Part shown: piece after piece, positions 32,468 to 46,300 of the stretch
Numbering within the stretch: position 1 is the first letter of the stretch
How the letters are laid out: the number at the start of each line of letters is the position of its first letter
Origin: Marsupella aquatica
Taxonomy: Eukaryota; Plantae; Marchantiophyta
Assembly (NCBI GenBank): GCA_973895155.1
Contig: OZ316895.1
Span: 18,898,508-18,962,507, forward strand
Direction: 5' to 3'
Length of the DNA: 64,000 bases
The notes under the pieces: model-generated
Databases searched by the model: none
What the model saw: the letters and a program-made list of their open reading frames with translations, nothing else
Told to the model about the DNA's origin: nothing
Made by a program: the position numbers and the translations under genes

Positions 32468-34805
32468 TGTGATGCCTAGCCAGGACTCACTAGGGCATTC
32501 AAGGGTTAAACATGGGTTGTATACACTACGTACGTTACATAAGTTACAAGGGAAAAAATGGAAAACTTAAACAACTAAAGTGTAACCATAGAACCCAAGC
32601 CGAGGCCAGAACTGAGGGTGCAACAATGACTTTTGGGTAAGATTAGGGTTAGAGCACGCTAAGCACCGTTGACAGTAAGTGATTGACCCCTGCACAACGG
32701 GCTGAAGCTATAGGGGAGAGTAAGGACTATTCACTAGGATCTGCAGCTCATTCTTGACTATTGACAATCATTTTCCGAGGAATGAGAGAAGGCCAGCAAA
32801 CTGGCAGCAACTTAGGCAAGCACATTGGGGCGGGAGCAAACACCAAGTGTCGACAGTAAGCGGGATGAGCAACATCAATCAAGCTGCGCATATTTGGGGA
32901 TGCCTGTTTGAGCCGGCAACTGAGTTTATTGAAGCTTACAAGGGACAAAGAAGTAGAGAGAGCAGCTAGAGAGAGATAGGAGCTCACTAGGTTGTGGGAG
33001 CTCAAGAGGTCTGCATTCACCGGTGGGGAACTCATAAAAGACAAGCTCCTGTGGATGCCCTCAGTTGATCAACTCAACAAGCTGCTGTTCCGCAAGGAAA
33101 AAATTGTTGGCATTCAAGCTTGGTCCAATGAAGACTTCAGGGTAGTAATGGAGATATGTGGAAGACTTGGCATCAAGCGCATTCAGAATCTATGGAGTGA
33201 GGGGCTGGGTGATTGGAGAGATTTATCAGATCGATGGGACCACATCAGAGGATTCTCTCTAACCCACAGGGATAAATGCAAGGAATTTATGGTGAGATTA
33301 TAGGAAATTCACTCCTGTGAGTTTACATTTGAACCTGGACCGGTATGTTGGAGATGGGCGGATAAACCGGAAGTTTTAAAGGAATTCAAACTCACTAACA
33401 TCTGTGCCTACCAACTGCTACATCCAATCACTGAGGATCATGAGAGTCTTAATCAAACCTGGGGGACCAGTAAGTCGACGGAAGAATGGAGAGAGGGATG
33501 GGCAGGGATTTGGAGATCAGATTTGTCCACTCGCGCCAAGACCTTTATTTGGCGGGTGCTGGCCTCTGGACTTTTACAGGAGTGAGAGCTGCTCGCATTG
33601 GTAAGGGTAATGGGCACTGCAAACTCTGTCCTAGAGAAAGCAAATCGATTCCGCACCTTTTAATGCAGTGTATACATGCTAGGAAGTGTTGGTCAATCTG
33701 TGTTGGAGGCTTTAGGGGCATGTTTGCGGATTACCCTGGTGGATTAATTAGGCTGATTGATTCTGCAATTGGCAGAGATCCGGGGAAGGTAGTGAAAATG
33801 TTCATTCTCTGCCAGATGCTATGGCAACTGTGGACCGGAAGAAATGAACATATGTTTCAGGTTGATGGTATTCGTAGATTTGACTTTAGATTTTTGCTTT
33901 TGGAAGTTGCGGATCATGTCTCAGCTGTGGGATTGGGCATGCCCCATAATAGACGATATGCTAGATTACAGAGAGCGCGTGAAATGATGAACTTGGAAAG
34001 AATGGTTTGGATTGGCCGGAGGGATGGATGGGTAGCATCGGTCCCCCGACTTTGACATTTGCTGGGTGTCTTGCTAACTTTTCTGGCATTGTTAGATGGC
34101 TTTTGCCCCATTGATTTGGGGGGTGTTGGGTGTGGATGACGGTTCCTTTGTTTCCTTGGCTGGTGGTGCTGGCTTTCCCTTGCCACAGGGTTTTGTGGCT
34201 TTCAAATTTTTTTAAAAATTAAAATATTCCAAGGAAGAGGCCATCAACCGTTGTAATGACAAACATTGAGCGTTGAAGGGGAGCACAACGGCGTGGACAA
34301 GAGAGACGGTGCTCGGGGAGTCATCAGGAGTAGCCACCATGAAGAGGAAGGGAGTGTTGGGTGACAAGGCCACCCTAGCAAAAAGGACTAGATTGGCGGC
34401 ACCAAGAAAGACTGCCAAAGGTGGGAGAAAGAAGTAGGAGGAGGCCAGAGAATCAAAGGTCAATCCAATAAATGCCATCCCCACTAAGGATGACACATGG
34501 AGGGGCTGGGCAAAGGTCCTGCTAAATCAAGTGCAATATACTGTGCCCAAGAGGAGGATGCATGTTATATGGCCATGCAATCTTGTAAATACCAGGGCTT
34601 CATGGCTGGATCCAGCTTGGAAACCTTTGCTAGGTTACCATGGATGAAGCACGATGTGCCAGATTCAGACTTGTTGGAATTCGTGGGATCATGGGACCAC
34701 AAGTCAAATGCGACCAAGGTATATAAGAGGGTATTCTATCTCACCCCCAAGGTGATTGCGAAAGTATTTGGATTGCTAGTGGGCAATAAGACCAAGGGAG
34801 TTTAG
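32468..34805 (+). mobile_element. Truncated paralog of the retroelement-derived unit at 40328, interrupted by a LINE fragment
   Basis: Both copies start TGTGATGCCTA.CCAGGA.TCACTAGG. 32750-33118 and 34233-34800 are collinear with 40600-41520. Confidence 0.8.
33119..34233 (+). mobile_element. 5'-truncated LINE insertion (zf-RVT plus 3' UTR) with possible 3-bp TSD AAG
   Basis: CKLC...KSIPHLLMQC.HA and LWQLW..RN. The flanks rejoin as ggcattc-aag-aggccatcaacc, matching the empty site ggcattcgagaagccatcaacc at ~40946. Confidence 0.85.
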
Positions 34806-35887
34806 ATTGTTCCCAGGGCCATAGTGGTGGACCTAGCCACCCAACGCCCTCACCAATCCTAGCACCCATGCCTAAGTGCCCTTGGTGCATAAATGCCTCA
34901 TGAAACTCCTTGGGCAAGCAACTTGATGCCTTTTGCACCCTGGCGACCACTCCCATACAAAGCCGCACTTGCTCCCTAACATGACCGTTGCTTGACGGTC
35001 CTCATTACCTACACAAGCAACCAAGCTCTTCGATAACTAACCCAAAGGATCTAGACATTCCAAGACTAGCATCCTAACTCAAGCTCAATAGACTTGGTAA
35101 GTAGGTCCGCGAATAGACCCTCCCTGGCCCACTTGGCCTTGTCATAGGTTGAAGCCAATGTTGACACCCACTATTCATCCAGAACAGCCCCTCTTTGGGT
35201 GCAGCCCGTGCTCCATCGCATTCCTATTTGTCACTGATTGACCACCCTTCCCCCAAGACATGCTCATGACCCAAATAGCGTAACTTGTCCTAAAACATTG
35301 ATGTTTTGGGGAACATGAGGATGAGAGGTGATGATGGGCTTCTTGTTTTTGGAGCTTTGACATGGAGTTGATTGATTTTGAGTCTAGTTTGAGATTTAGT
35401 CCTTGGAGGGATAAGACAAAAGTGAAATGAAGGAGAGTAGTTTTGCTTAGCCTAATGTGACACCGCCAACATGGCTGGTAATGAGTAATCCGGCCCAATC
35501 CGTGCTGAGCACGCACGCTACGGACTTAGTAGTCCGTAGTTATTAGAATAGTGACACTAAAATAGTTAGTAATCATGAATAGGACAAGATTAGTCAATAA
35601 AGAGCATTCACGCTTGGGCTGGTACCACCGGGTTACAAGTGCATTATGGACGTCTACCTCGGGTCCGTATAATGGATTGAGTAGGCAGCTCGCTGACACG
35701 GTCTAATCCGGACCTACGGAGTGGCCAGTACATTGCAAGCGTGAAGGGCTCGGCCTATCAGAGAGGAGGAGGGGCCGATCAGCCGACAACTCCTCAGGGT
35801 ATAAAAGGCGGACCATTCCCTTGCTTAGTATCGATGATTCACTTCTTGCGCCAGCTTTGATCCCAGCTTGTCCATTCGCTCCTCAAT

Positions 35888-38050
35888 TGTAATAGAGGGG
35901 TTAAGCCCTTAAGGATATAAAAGTTATCTAAAATGAAAAAAATGGTTTTCAATGACCATGTTGAGGACCTTGAATGACTATTTAAGCATCTGTGAGTATA
36001 TTAAGCTTGAATCATGCCAAGGTGCATGTAAAGATGTTATGGTCCCTCATCCAACTCAATAGTGAAAGAAAAATAAAACCATAAATGGATGGGTATTTGG
36101 AAAATCTGATAGCGAGGAGAGACCTACTTCAACCCCTCAAGGAAAGGTTTCATTGGCTTTTGAATTGAGATCAAACTTTTCACAAATTTGAGTTAGACGG
36201 CTAATTCTAAGGTGAATTAATCAGTGCATTTTAGTAACAAGTAGCTCAAACTTTTATCAAGGTTATGTTGCCCCACCTTCCAATAGTTCATGGGAAAAAT
36301 TACACCAACTAAGTGATGGAAATTGAGGAGTTATTCCATCCAGAATTTGAACCGGTTTCCATCCGGTTTTTGAGCCGGCTTTTGATCCAGTTTGGACATA
36401 CCATCCGGTAGAAAAACTACCATAACTCTCAAACTATTTATCCAAATCAAGATCTGTAAAGTGTGTTGGAAAGCTCTTTCCAAGGCAATTAAGTTATATA
36501 TAAAGAAGTCTGAAAATGGATTTGAAATGACCCACTTAATATTATGAGACTCCAACCAGTGCAACCAAGAGATATCCAAAATTTCCGGACAAATAATGGA
36601 ATGAAGATTTTGAAGCGTTATTTCCACACCATTAGACCTTCAAGATGACTGACTTTGGATCAATAGGAAGTATGATCCATGATGGCTAAGGACCTTACCC
36701 AATCAAAATGGTTTCAGAGTAAGTATGAAAGGATACTATGAAAAGATATACCCATTCATTGGAAAATGGAGAGACTTGATAGTTGAATTCTTATTACTCT
36801 AGCACTCCTACATTTTACCTACACCAATGAACACCATCTCAAGACCTCATTTTTGGAAACTTTTCACTTTGAAACCAAGAAATATACTACCTTGCCTCCC
36901 ATTTCCTACTACCTTTGGAGGTGTCACTTTCATGCCAAACCCTCTTAACTCCATTGACCCAACAGTACTAGACTCCACATCGGTGAAGTCTGACACTTCA
37001 ACTCCCAAACAGTAAAAAGTTATTCCATCTGAAAGTTGAACTGGCTTCCTATCCGGTTTCCCACTCGATTTCTGATCTGATTTTGTGTTTACGGCCTTAT
37101 AAAACTTAGTATAGGAAGAATTAGACTTTGAATTTTTGCTGAGCACTTTATCTCAGAGTCTAGTTTCAGACTTTAGCATTACTTTTCACTTTTACACTTA
37201 GGTTAGGAATTGAAGAGGCATACCTCTTCAACTTTTGTTTAGAGGAGACTTGTCCCTAAGTATAAGAGGGAAAGTTTCCACCATTTTACTCACACTTGCA
37301 TTTCACTTTTGAAAGTCTCCTTCTTTGAAGAGAAGTAATATATCCATATTTATCTTTTGTAATCTATGCTTTGTGTTTGGACATTAGAGTGTGACCATTC
37401 TCGCTAGAAAATCTATGTAAAGTGACTAGCAATGTCATAGTTAACCTTTAGGCTGACTAGAAATGCATGTCTGAGATCATGCAAAGGTCTAAAGATTCAT
37501 GTTGACTATGGAATACTTATGGCTTATTAAGTATTAGTGGAAGATGCACCATACGAGAACTCACAAATTGCGTAGACTTAAAAGAGCAATCTGAAAGATT
37601 GAATAGAAAAATAAGTTAGTTCGGAGTAATCTGTACCACCTTTGCCTTGACATAGGTCAGAAAGTTAGTACGGGCTATCTTATATGTATCTTTTACAAAT
37701 TCTTAGATGGTTGGCTTTAAAGATTAGCTTTAGGCATCAGCCTAATTTAGTCAGACTCTCTGTTGACTCTTAATCATGCCTAACTTAGTCATAGATTGCT
37801 AAGTGGCGAGAGGAGATGAGACATTTAAGGCTCGCCTAACCCTATCTTTACGCCTCCAGCTTTTGGTTGTTTTCTTATATTTTTAGAATTTATTATTGCA
37901 CTGTTGATGATGCAAACATCACAATACCTAAGGATGTATTAAAAATTCCTTCCACCTGACCTAAGCATGTTGGTAAGGGCTTGAAATATGAGATAGGTTA
38001 GCTTAACTATCTCAAAGTATGTCAATACAATCTCTTAGGTCTCACAAGCT
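35888..38050 (+). repeat. LTR-like sequence, copy 1 (TGTAATAGAGGGG...)
   Basis: First ~900 bp nearly identical to 55668-56590, with weaker similarity of 37300-37712 to 57020-57414. Right end approximate. Confidence 0.8.
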
Positions 38051-38587
38051 CTTAACGGGAACAAATTCTGGTTGTTTAAGAGGAAAGTAGTTCATATTTC
38101 CTTAAACCCTACTCTATATCAATTATCCATCACACCTCACTTTATGTCTATCATGATTATGTCTAGTTTGGCCATTTGCTTTTGGTTTCAATTTCTGTCC
38201 ATTGGAAATCATCTAGCGAAGATGCTTGCCAAATTCAACCCACGCAAGTACAAAGCCAAAAGACAGTACAAACAACTCATCCGTTTAGTTGGGCATTCTC
38301 ACTACAACAATGACCTCAACCTTCCATTTCAGAGCAAGTTTTGTCGAGACGACAAAATTGCCAAATTCTTCTTTGACGGTACAAAGTACCTTGGCTTTGA
38401 GGAAGCGCTCCTTCAACTTCCAGACGAGGTCTTCACAATCCCGGGCACGATAGACTTGCAGCGACATCACTTTGACCATAGACCCGCCAAAGTTCAGTTC
38501 TTCCTTGACTATCAATTTGGTAGTCCAAATACGGGCAAGTCATCAATCCTAACATCACTTGACTTCCCCTCCGATCTTCTGAATCCT

Positions 38588-40327
38588 ATGGCGCCGCCTC
38601 CAACTACACCCGCTGCCGAATCATCAGCACCATCACAGACACCGCCTTGGCCTCATTCAAGCCGCTCTCCACCACCGGCAACACCACCCGTACAAGTATG
38701 ATCCGTGGTGAATGCGGTGAACATCAGCTTAGAGGACGAGGAGGCTCATCCTCCTCTTGTCAGGAGGCCACCAGGGGCACACCGACACAGGCCGGGTGAC
38801 ACATTGCCGCCTGCACAAGCCCGTACCCAAGAGACGGCCCCAATAGACAACACAGTGACCATTGTGGCCCTAACACCAGTTCCGACAGCAATCCCGCTGC
38901 CCCTATCAGATAGGGAGGACGGGAAGATGTCCCCTTCTACGAGCCATCCTAGGAACAACTATCGGGGAAGGAAGAGGAAGGAGCTGGCTGCAGTATCCGG
39001 TTTACTTATGGCCACCGTTGCTATGGCAAGTTGACCATGCATCGCATGGGGGAGAATGTTCATAAGAACATCCTCCATCCAAAGCATGCAGCGTACCTAA
39101 AGACCCAAGGGTTCAAACACCTCGCCGCCCTCCCTTGGAATACTTGCAGGTACTACGGGCAGGACATGACGGAGTTCATCCAAAACTTCAACAAGGCCCG
39201 CCAACAAACCCGTGCGCACGGACGGGTAATGCCTTTGAATGAGGAGAGGCTTAAGCTCATTTTGGCTTACTCAAGGGTCAAAACCGGGTGGAGTCACGAG
39301 CCCCAGGGGGCAAGGGAGAAAAGTACCAATCCTTGAGCTTCCCGCCCAAGGGTTTGCTGGACAACAGCTCCCTGATGAGGACATGCCTCACCCCGGAGAT
39401 TGCGGAGCGGCTGAAGTTCCAACGGTATGCCCTCCACATGATGGAGCCACAAGGAGAGATATCCGCAACACAAGTGATCTAGGTTGAGAACTATCTGCCC
39501 AGAAAGTGGGCTTCCTTCTTTGTCAATAAGTTCCACGAGGAAATGCAGCAACGAAGGAAGACCCTATACCTTTGGGGGAAGGCGTACCTTGCAAGCCACA
39601 TTGAGATTATTATCGAATGGTACACCCGTTTTGATCGACAAACTCTTCCACGGCTCAACAAGCCCAAGCTCACCCCACCCCAGTGGGTCTTTCCGATGCT
39701 GGAACGACGGCCGCAGCCCAAAGCCCGGACTCCAGCCCCAGTAGTGCCCATCTTGGCCCCACCACCAGCCATTGATACACCCTCTCTAGTGCCAGACTTG
39801 GCGGTGATTGCAACCCTAGATAGCCAAAACCAGGCCCGTGCAGTGACCATTGAGCCGGAGGAAGCCGGACCTGAGCCCAAGGCCATTAGTCCAGAGGGAA
39901 TCGTGGTACCAGCCGCACCAACGCCAGAAGACCCTCTGGATGGGAGCCTTGCCCTCCTCTAACCGTCCTGCCTCTAGGGTGGACGTAACAACTCCGGCCT
40001 CTTCCCGAGTAGAGGTCTATCCTTGCCCAACCCTGACTGGGCACAGCTTGGTGAACCCAGAACTCTTTGCATCGGGCACATATTTCAACGGGTTGCTAAG
40101 AGACTTCTCCCAACAAATTAGCCAAGAGATGGGGGAGTTCATGGCCTCCAAGGTAGCCTACTTCTTCAGCCAGGAGCTGGTGGCGGTAGTGAAAGCGGGA
40201 TGGGCACAGGCTGAAGCCACAACAAACATTGAGCGGTACCGGGTTCAGACCGCCCGACTCGTAGACGAAATGGCACACCGGGATACTGAGCTGCAGCTCT
40301 TCCATCCTCATCTAGCAACGGCCCTTG
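38588..40327 (+). pseudogene. Retrotransposon accessory ORF (plant-mobile/Transposase_32-like), degenerate
   Basis: Pro-rich leader, then LKTQGF..LAALPW...EFIQNF......HGR...L. Same pattern as 41300-41500. Confidence 0.5.
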
Positions 40328-43300
40328 TGTGATGCCTAACCAGGAATCACTAGGCCGGTTAAGTGGGAAAACGGAAGTGTACCCTAGAAACACCTTAGTA
40401 TAGTTACAAGAATGAGGAAAATATAAACAATTAAGGGTGACTATGGAACCCGGGCCGAGGCCGGAAGTAAGGACGCCGGGGGAGAGAATACGATTAGGGT
40501 TAGGGCGCACTAAGTGTCGGCGGCTAGGGGTAACCAACGGTGGGGAAGACCAGAGGAGGAGAGGGGTAAGGACAGCTCGCGAGGAATGGTGCCTCATTTG
40601 CAAGCACGAACTGGGCAGACAACTACGGGAGGCCAACTACTGTCAACTGCCTAGACAAACACTCTGGGCGGGAGCAGATACCCACGAACGACTCAAGGAG
40701 GGTATGAGCAACATCAATCAAGCGACACATTTTTGGGGATGCCTGTTCGAACGGGCAACTGAGTACATTGGACTTACAAGGACGAAGAATCAAAGAGAGC
40801 AGCTCGAGAACGGCAGGAGCTCGCTCGATTGTGGGAGCTACAGAAATTTGCCTTCTTAGGAGGAGAATTCATCAAGGCCGAGTTCTTGTGGACTCCTACT
40901 GCCAATCAGCTTGACGACCTTCTGTTTTGCGAAAACAGGATCATCGGCATTCGAGAAGCCATCAACCGCTGCAACGACATACACTGGGAGTTGAAGGGTA
41001 GCACGGAGGGGTGGACACGGGCAACCGTGCTAGGAGAAACATCCACGGCATCCGAGATGAAGAGGAAAGGAAACAACAATGAAGAGGCCACCCCGACAAA
41101 AAGAACCAAGTTGGCGGCACCAAGGAAGCCAGCAGAGCAGGGAAGCAGGAGGCAGGCAGAAGCCGAAGAGGAGGAGGTCGATCCCATCAATGCCATTCCA
41201 ACAAAGGATGACACTTGGAAAGGCTGGGCGACGACCCTACCAGAAGAAGTGCAACTGCATTTTGCACGGGAGGAGGATGCATGCTTTACGGCCATGCAGA
41301 CCAAGAAGTACCAGGGCTTCATGGCCAGATCCGGCTTGGAAGCCTTCGTAAAATTACCATGGCTGAAGCCGGAGGTGTCGGATTCAGACTTATTAGAATT
41401 TGTGGGATCATGGGAGCCCGAGACCAATTCCACAAGGGTGTATGGGAAGGATTTCTATCTCACTCCCCAGGTGATTGCCGAAGTGTTTGGCTTGCCGATG
41501 GGCAATAAGACCAAAGTAGATACCAAGAAGACCTTTCCAGACAAGGAGTTCCGGTCGTTTCCAGGGCCATCAACAAAGAATGGCTTCTTCCGGAACACCT
41601 GCACCAACCCGCACATCGGAGAGATGATCGATTTCTTGCGGGTGACCATGCATTGCAACTTGCCGAGGGCAGAGATCGGCAAGGCACAGGTCTACCTAGC
41701 AGAGAGGCTAGACCCAAGCCGGGACTACAACAGGTACCTCCTCAACCAATTGAAGAAGATCTTGAAGGAGGAACAACTGGTGATCGACATGGGAAGCGTT
41801 CCCGGCTTGGTTATCACATGCCGCTGTTGTGCCGGTATGCCCAAAGCCAGATATTTGCCCCGGTACTACCCCTGCAAGCAAGAGCACCAGAGGAGGTTCC
41901 GGAACCAAGGCCGGCAACAGAGAAACCGACCCAGCCCGATAGTCCTACAATCGAGCAAGTGTTTAGGCCAAGGAAGGAAGACTTGGTGATGCAGCAACCA
42001 GGCATGCAAAATCTGCTGAAATTGCTGGAGAAGGAAAGAAGAACAGCAACGGGAACGACAATGGGGCCAGCACAGAATACTGCTTCTGAAGTCGGCCTTA
42101 GCCAACTTACCAGGGAAAACCCCTTTACCGGGGCCAAGGAGAGAAGGAGGCCGGAACACGAGCCGGGAGTCCGAATGTATGTAGGAGCTTCAAGTCCTAA
42201 AGCCAAGGAGAAGCAGCCTGAGGCCCCTGGTCACGACAGGGAGAAGATGAGATCAACGTCAAAGCCGGAGGATCTAGAACCCGTGATCTATGGGGTTGTG
42301 TTCACGGCAGGACCAGGAGAATAGAGGGGGAAGCTGGGAGTCCAAGCAGTGGAGGAGGCGGTGGAGGACTACAACAATGATAACTCTAGCTATGGGTCGG
42401 ATCATCATGTTCCAGGAATAAGGACCTGTGGCAGGTTCATCCCCACTCTTCCAAGAGTAATTCGAGGGGACCCCACCCAACAGAGCAGCCCCGAGTCCCC
42501 CCCACTAGATGTCGCTCCCCCGAGTTTCAACGGCATAAGACAGACGGCACAAGAGTTTCAAGAGAAACTCAGAGAGAAAGAGAAGGCAGCCCTGGTTAGG
42601 GAGAAAGATTTACCAGGAGGAGATTGGCCGCACCATAGAAGAAATCCGCAAGGCGGCTTGGGAACAGAGGCCGAGGTGGTTGATGCCGATGACTTCTTCT
42701 TACTCCACCTATGCTAAAGATAGAGCCATGAAGTACGGGGAGATGTGTGGGGAACTTGCGCTCAGCATCTTTGGGGAGGAGTTGGAGCAAGGACCCTTTT
42801 TCTAGAGGGAGATATTGGAGAAGCACCAATTAGAAGAAGCCGTGGCTTTGGAGAGAAGCAAGAAGGACGAGGTCATCCAGCGGCTTAGGGAGATGGAAGC
42901 CAAGGTGGAAGACCTAAAGGCGGCCAAGAAAGCCCAAGATGAGCTACGGATTAAACGGCATGAGCTAAACATCATGCAGGGGCAGTTGGATACCGCGCAG
43001 TCTGATAATCAGATTATCAAGGATAAACTGACTCAGACCGAAGGAGAGTTGGCCAAGGCGGTCAAAGAAAGGGAGAAGTGGAAGCGAGAGCTGAGAGACG
43101 CAGAGGAGGCCCACATAGCAGCCAATAACCGGGCCATGGTGGAGACTCAGAGAAGGGAGAGGGCGTTGAAGGGGGAACTCGAAGATATCCACGGAGCCCT
43201 TGAGCAGAAGGAGGCCGAGTTAGGGAAATCCTATCAGGCGATTATCGTGCTGCGGCAGGAGCTTGCATCCATGACGGCCAGCTTCAAGGCCGACCTCCGC

Positions 43301-44800
43301 GAGAAAGACAACCAGCTCGACCAGACTTATGCCAAGATGAATAAAATGGAGTCTGAGGTCGTGGCGGAGCTCGACAAGGAGCTGAGAGCAACCCAGGAGG
43401 AGAGGGCTACCTTAAAGAAAGAGTTGGAGGAAGCCCAGAAAGAGTTGGAAGAAGCCCAGAAGGAGCTGAAGGAGGCAAGGAAGGACCTGGATGAATTGCA
43501 GGAGGAGTTGGAGGAAAGCACAAGGAAGATGGAGAACTTACAACGGCGAGCCAACAACCAAACGGAGCGGCTGAAGAAACAAGCCGCAGTATTTAAGTGC
43601 TTGGCTTCCTCAGGACCAACTCCAATTGGGGCAACCAAGTTACCTGGTGTAGTACTGGCCGAAGGACAAGCAGAGACACTCGCAACAGTGCCGGAGGTAA
43701 GTGGCAAGGGGAAGGGGCCACGTGCCAAACCAAAGAAGAAGAAGAAGCAAAAACCTTCAGGGTCAGGGAGTAATACGGCTCCTCAAGCCGGCATGACCAA
43801 GGAGGTAAAGCCAACACCAGGCATGGTCACGGCAGAGGATCCAACTGCCCTAGAAGGCGGGGATGATGAAGCCGGGGCCAGGATATTTGGTGATGAAGCC
43901 GGGGTACCAGATCCATCACTAGAACATGTCGGGGAGGCCGTGGCCGATGCTGAGGCCAAAGCCGAAGGTGGACCCAGTCAGGCCGATGAAGAGTTGACTC
44001 GGTCCGGGGCAGGTAATCTGTCAGAGGAAGGACCAAAGGTAGTGGCTGCGGGGGGAGCGTTGGGGGCGTCCATTGAGGATCCACCACCGGTGTCGTGACG
44101 GTGCAAGAGTGCCATTCCTTTTAGGAAGGGCGGACGTGGAGGTAGGAGGCGTGAGTGGGCAGGGCGGGCTCGGATCTCCAAGTTTAGGCTGAGGATCAGG
44201 ACCAGGAGATGGCCCTGACACTTAGATTAGTGGGATTGCGGATCCACTGGTAGGAGCAACACTTGTGCTTCTGCCTCGCTATACATAGGTAGATTATAGT
44301 TAGGTAGATTACAGGTAGGATAGATTAGGCTTATGCTGCAAGGAATTAGGCGGATCCACTACTTGGATAAGTACCTGGGCAGCGGGGAGTTCAGGGCCTC
44401 TTCTTTAGCAAGTTTTTAGTTGCACCAACAAGGCTGGGATCAAGTTGTAAGAGAAGCTCTCGATTAGTTATACAGTGACCCTTGTGTATATTCATGTTTC
44501 CTCATGCCTAAGAGCTGAATAGAGTTGGCCTCACGGCTTAGTTCGCAGAACTTGTGTATGAGATGTACTGTTTGTATGGCAAGTGCATGGTATAACTCAG
44601 TCAGAAGGAGTCATTTTGCTATTTGTGTGTCGCATTAACTTGTGTGAAGAGTGCCCACATCAACTAACAGAGAGAAGGGAAGTAAGCAAGGGAGTGAGAG
44701 TTGGATGTGTTGAGCTGAGAGAGGTCTTAGCGGCTTAACCAAGCCAATTGGGGATCATTCCGGCGGCGGAATCCAAATATACCTAAAGAGAAGGAGGGGA
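40328..44800 (+). mobile_element. LTR-retroelement-derived unit with accessory ORFs (no gag-pol visible)
   Basis: TG-start junction. ORF 40829-41989 has GLEAFVKLPW...EFVGSW...VYGK.F.LTPQ.IAEVFGLP, followed by a long coiled-coil ORF. Confidence 0.6.
42815..44098 (+). CDS. Long coiled-coil ORF segment of a retroelement accessory protein
   Basis: 427-aa open E/K/A/L-rich frame with a 21-bp tandem repeat (KELEEAQ) near 43418-43470 and a poly-K stretch. Probably the C-terminal part of a broken ORF starting near 41060. Confidence 0.6.
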   Translation: MEKHQLEEAVALERSKKDEVIQRLREMEAKVEDLKAAKKAQDELRIKRHELNIMQGQLDTAQSDNQIIKDKLTQTEGELAKAVKEREKWKRELRDAEEAHIAANNRAMVETQRRERALKGELEDIHGALEQKEAELGKSYQAIIVLRQELASMTASFKADLREKDNQLDQTYAKMNKMESEVVAELDKELRATQEERATLKKELEEAQKELEEAQKELKEARKDLDELQEELEESTRKMENLQRRANNQTERLKKQAAVFKCLASSGPTPIGATKLPGVVLAEGQAETLATVPEVSGKGKGPRAKPKKKKKQKPSGSGSNTAPQAGMTKEVKPTPGMVTAEDPTALEGGDDEAGARIFGDEAGVPDPSLEHVGEAVADAEAKAEGGPSQADEELTRSGAGNLSEEGPKVVAAGGALGASIEDPPPVS

Positions 44801-46300
44801 ATACCAGGGAAGGCCTAGATTAGGCCGGCTATGTATCTCATGACCCGATGAAGGATCTGTCCAGTATATGTGTGTAAAATATTAATAGTAGTAGTAGAAG
44901 GAAGTTAGCAGCGTCCCATGCCGCTAAGCCGCAGAAACGGCCTCGCCGAGGATGAAACCTACGGAAATCGGCCTGCGCAGGGGGGTTTCTTGGGTTTGGG
45001 GAGCCATGGGACGCACCACACCTTGCCCAAGTCACCAATACTGAGGCCAAGTTAACCTTGGCCGAGCAAGTAGGATACGGGAAGGATTCCAAGATCTCAC
45101 GACTCCGGGCCCAAATTGACAGTTTGAAGGGACAAGCTATAATCTGGCAATAGGATGTAGAGGAGGCCGATGCTCAGGCCCAACGAGATACCGCCAAGGT
45201 GGACGCCCTAAAAGTGGAGGTGGCATGGCTTCAAGAAGAAGCCGCTAAACAAGACCAACTGGTGGCAAAGCTGATGAGCAACGGTCAGCAGTTGGAAGAG
45301 GCGTGCTAGGAGGCCGTGGAGGAAACGGACGTGATGAAGAGAGAGAATGATTCTCTCATGGACCAGGTCCAGATCCTCAAGCAGGACTTTGACCGGCTGA
45401 GGAGGCAGCGGGACAGTGGGACAGCCAATCCAAGTGTGGAATGGCTCAGTGGAGGCTTGAGTAGGAAATGCGTCAGTTTTTTGCTTTCATGGAGTAGTAA
45501 TTACATAGTTTTAGTGATTAGCGGAGTTGTTAGGTTTAGGGTAACTTAATAACTAAGGAAGTAGAGTAGGGAAATAAATTGAGGGAGAGGACATGTTTCT
45601 CTAAGACCCGTATTCCATCAGCCCTCGATGGTTGGCATCCGCGATCACCCTCAAACCTCCGCCCTTCTTGGAAACAATCGCAACCGTTCACGACTTCAGG
45701 GTGGCCCCCAAGTTCAACTTCGGGATGGAAGGCTCGTCGGGCCTTCCACTCTGCTTTGACAGCCTTCATGATGACTGGTTCCGACGGTGAACGGGTGTTC
45801 TGACCGTCAATAGCCGTTTTGCAGTCGGTTGCAATTGGTCACATCGATGACGGCATTCGGGGTTACGATGGGTTTTCTGGATGGAGCAGGAGGCTGACAT
45901 AACATGGCGCTAGCGCCCATTTTTGCTGATCAATCTCTCAAACATGGACAATACGTCTTGGAATTCCTGCCCGTTTGCACATCAGCTTCGTCGCTGCACA
46001 CAACTTGGATGCAAGGAAAAGTTTACAGAATTCACTAGCCCTCGGTGAGCTTCACTTTGTATTGGTAATGTTGTGCGTTGTCATTTCCTTCTTTTGCTTG
46101 GGAACAGATTCTTGTGCTGACCATTGGGAATTGATGTCGTTCATCTTCATTTTAGAGAAACTCGTGTGAATTTAACTCTGCGATCACGCTCCTCCTCGAG
46201 CTCCTCTGTCGAATCAAGCTTCTCAGATATAATGGCGACCCAATCTGCCAGTGGAAGTGTTTAGTCTTGCTCAAATCAGTCTCAGGAAGTTGGTGGAGCT

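Noticed and set aside
36331-36627. Conserved 98-aa gene duplicated at 56110-56406
   Set aside because: It lies inside near-identical LTR-like repeats, so conservation just reflects the DNA duplication. It has a non-ATG start and no domain.
42815-44098. Host myosin/SMC/tropomyosin gene
   Set aside because: Only generic heptads, no motor or ATPase motifs, and it is embedded in a repeated TE-derived unit.
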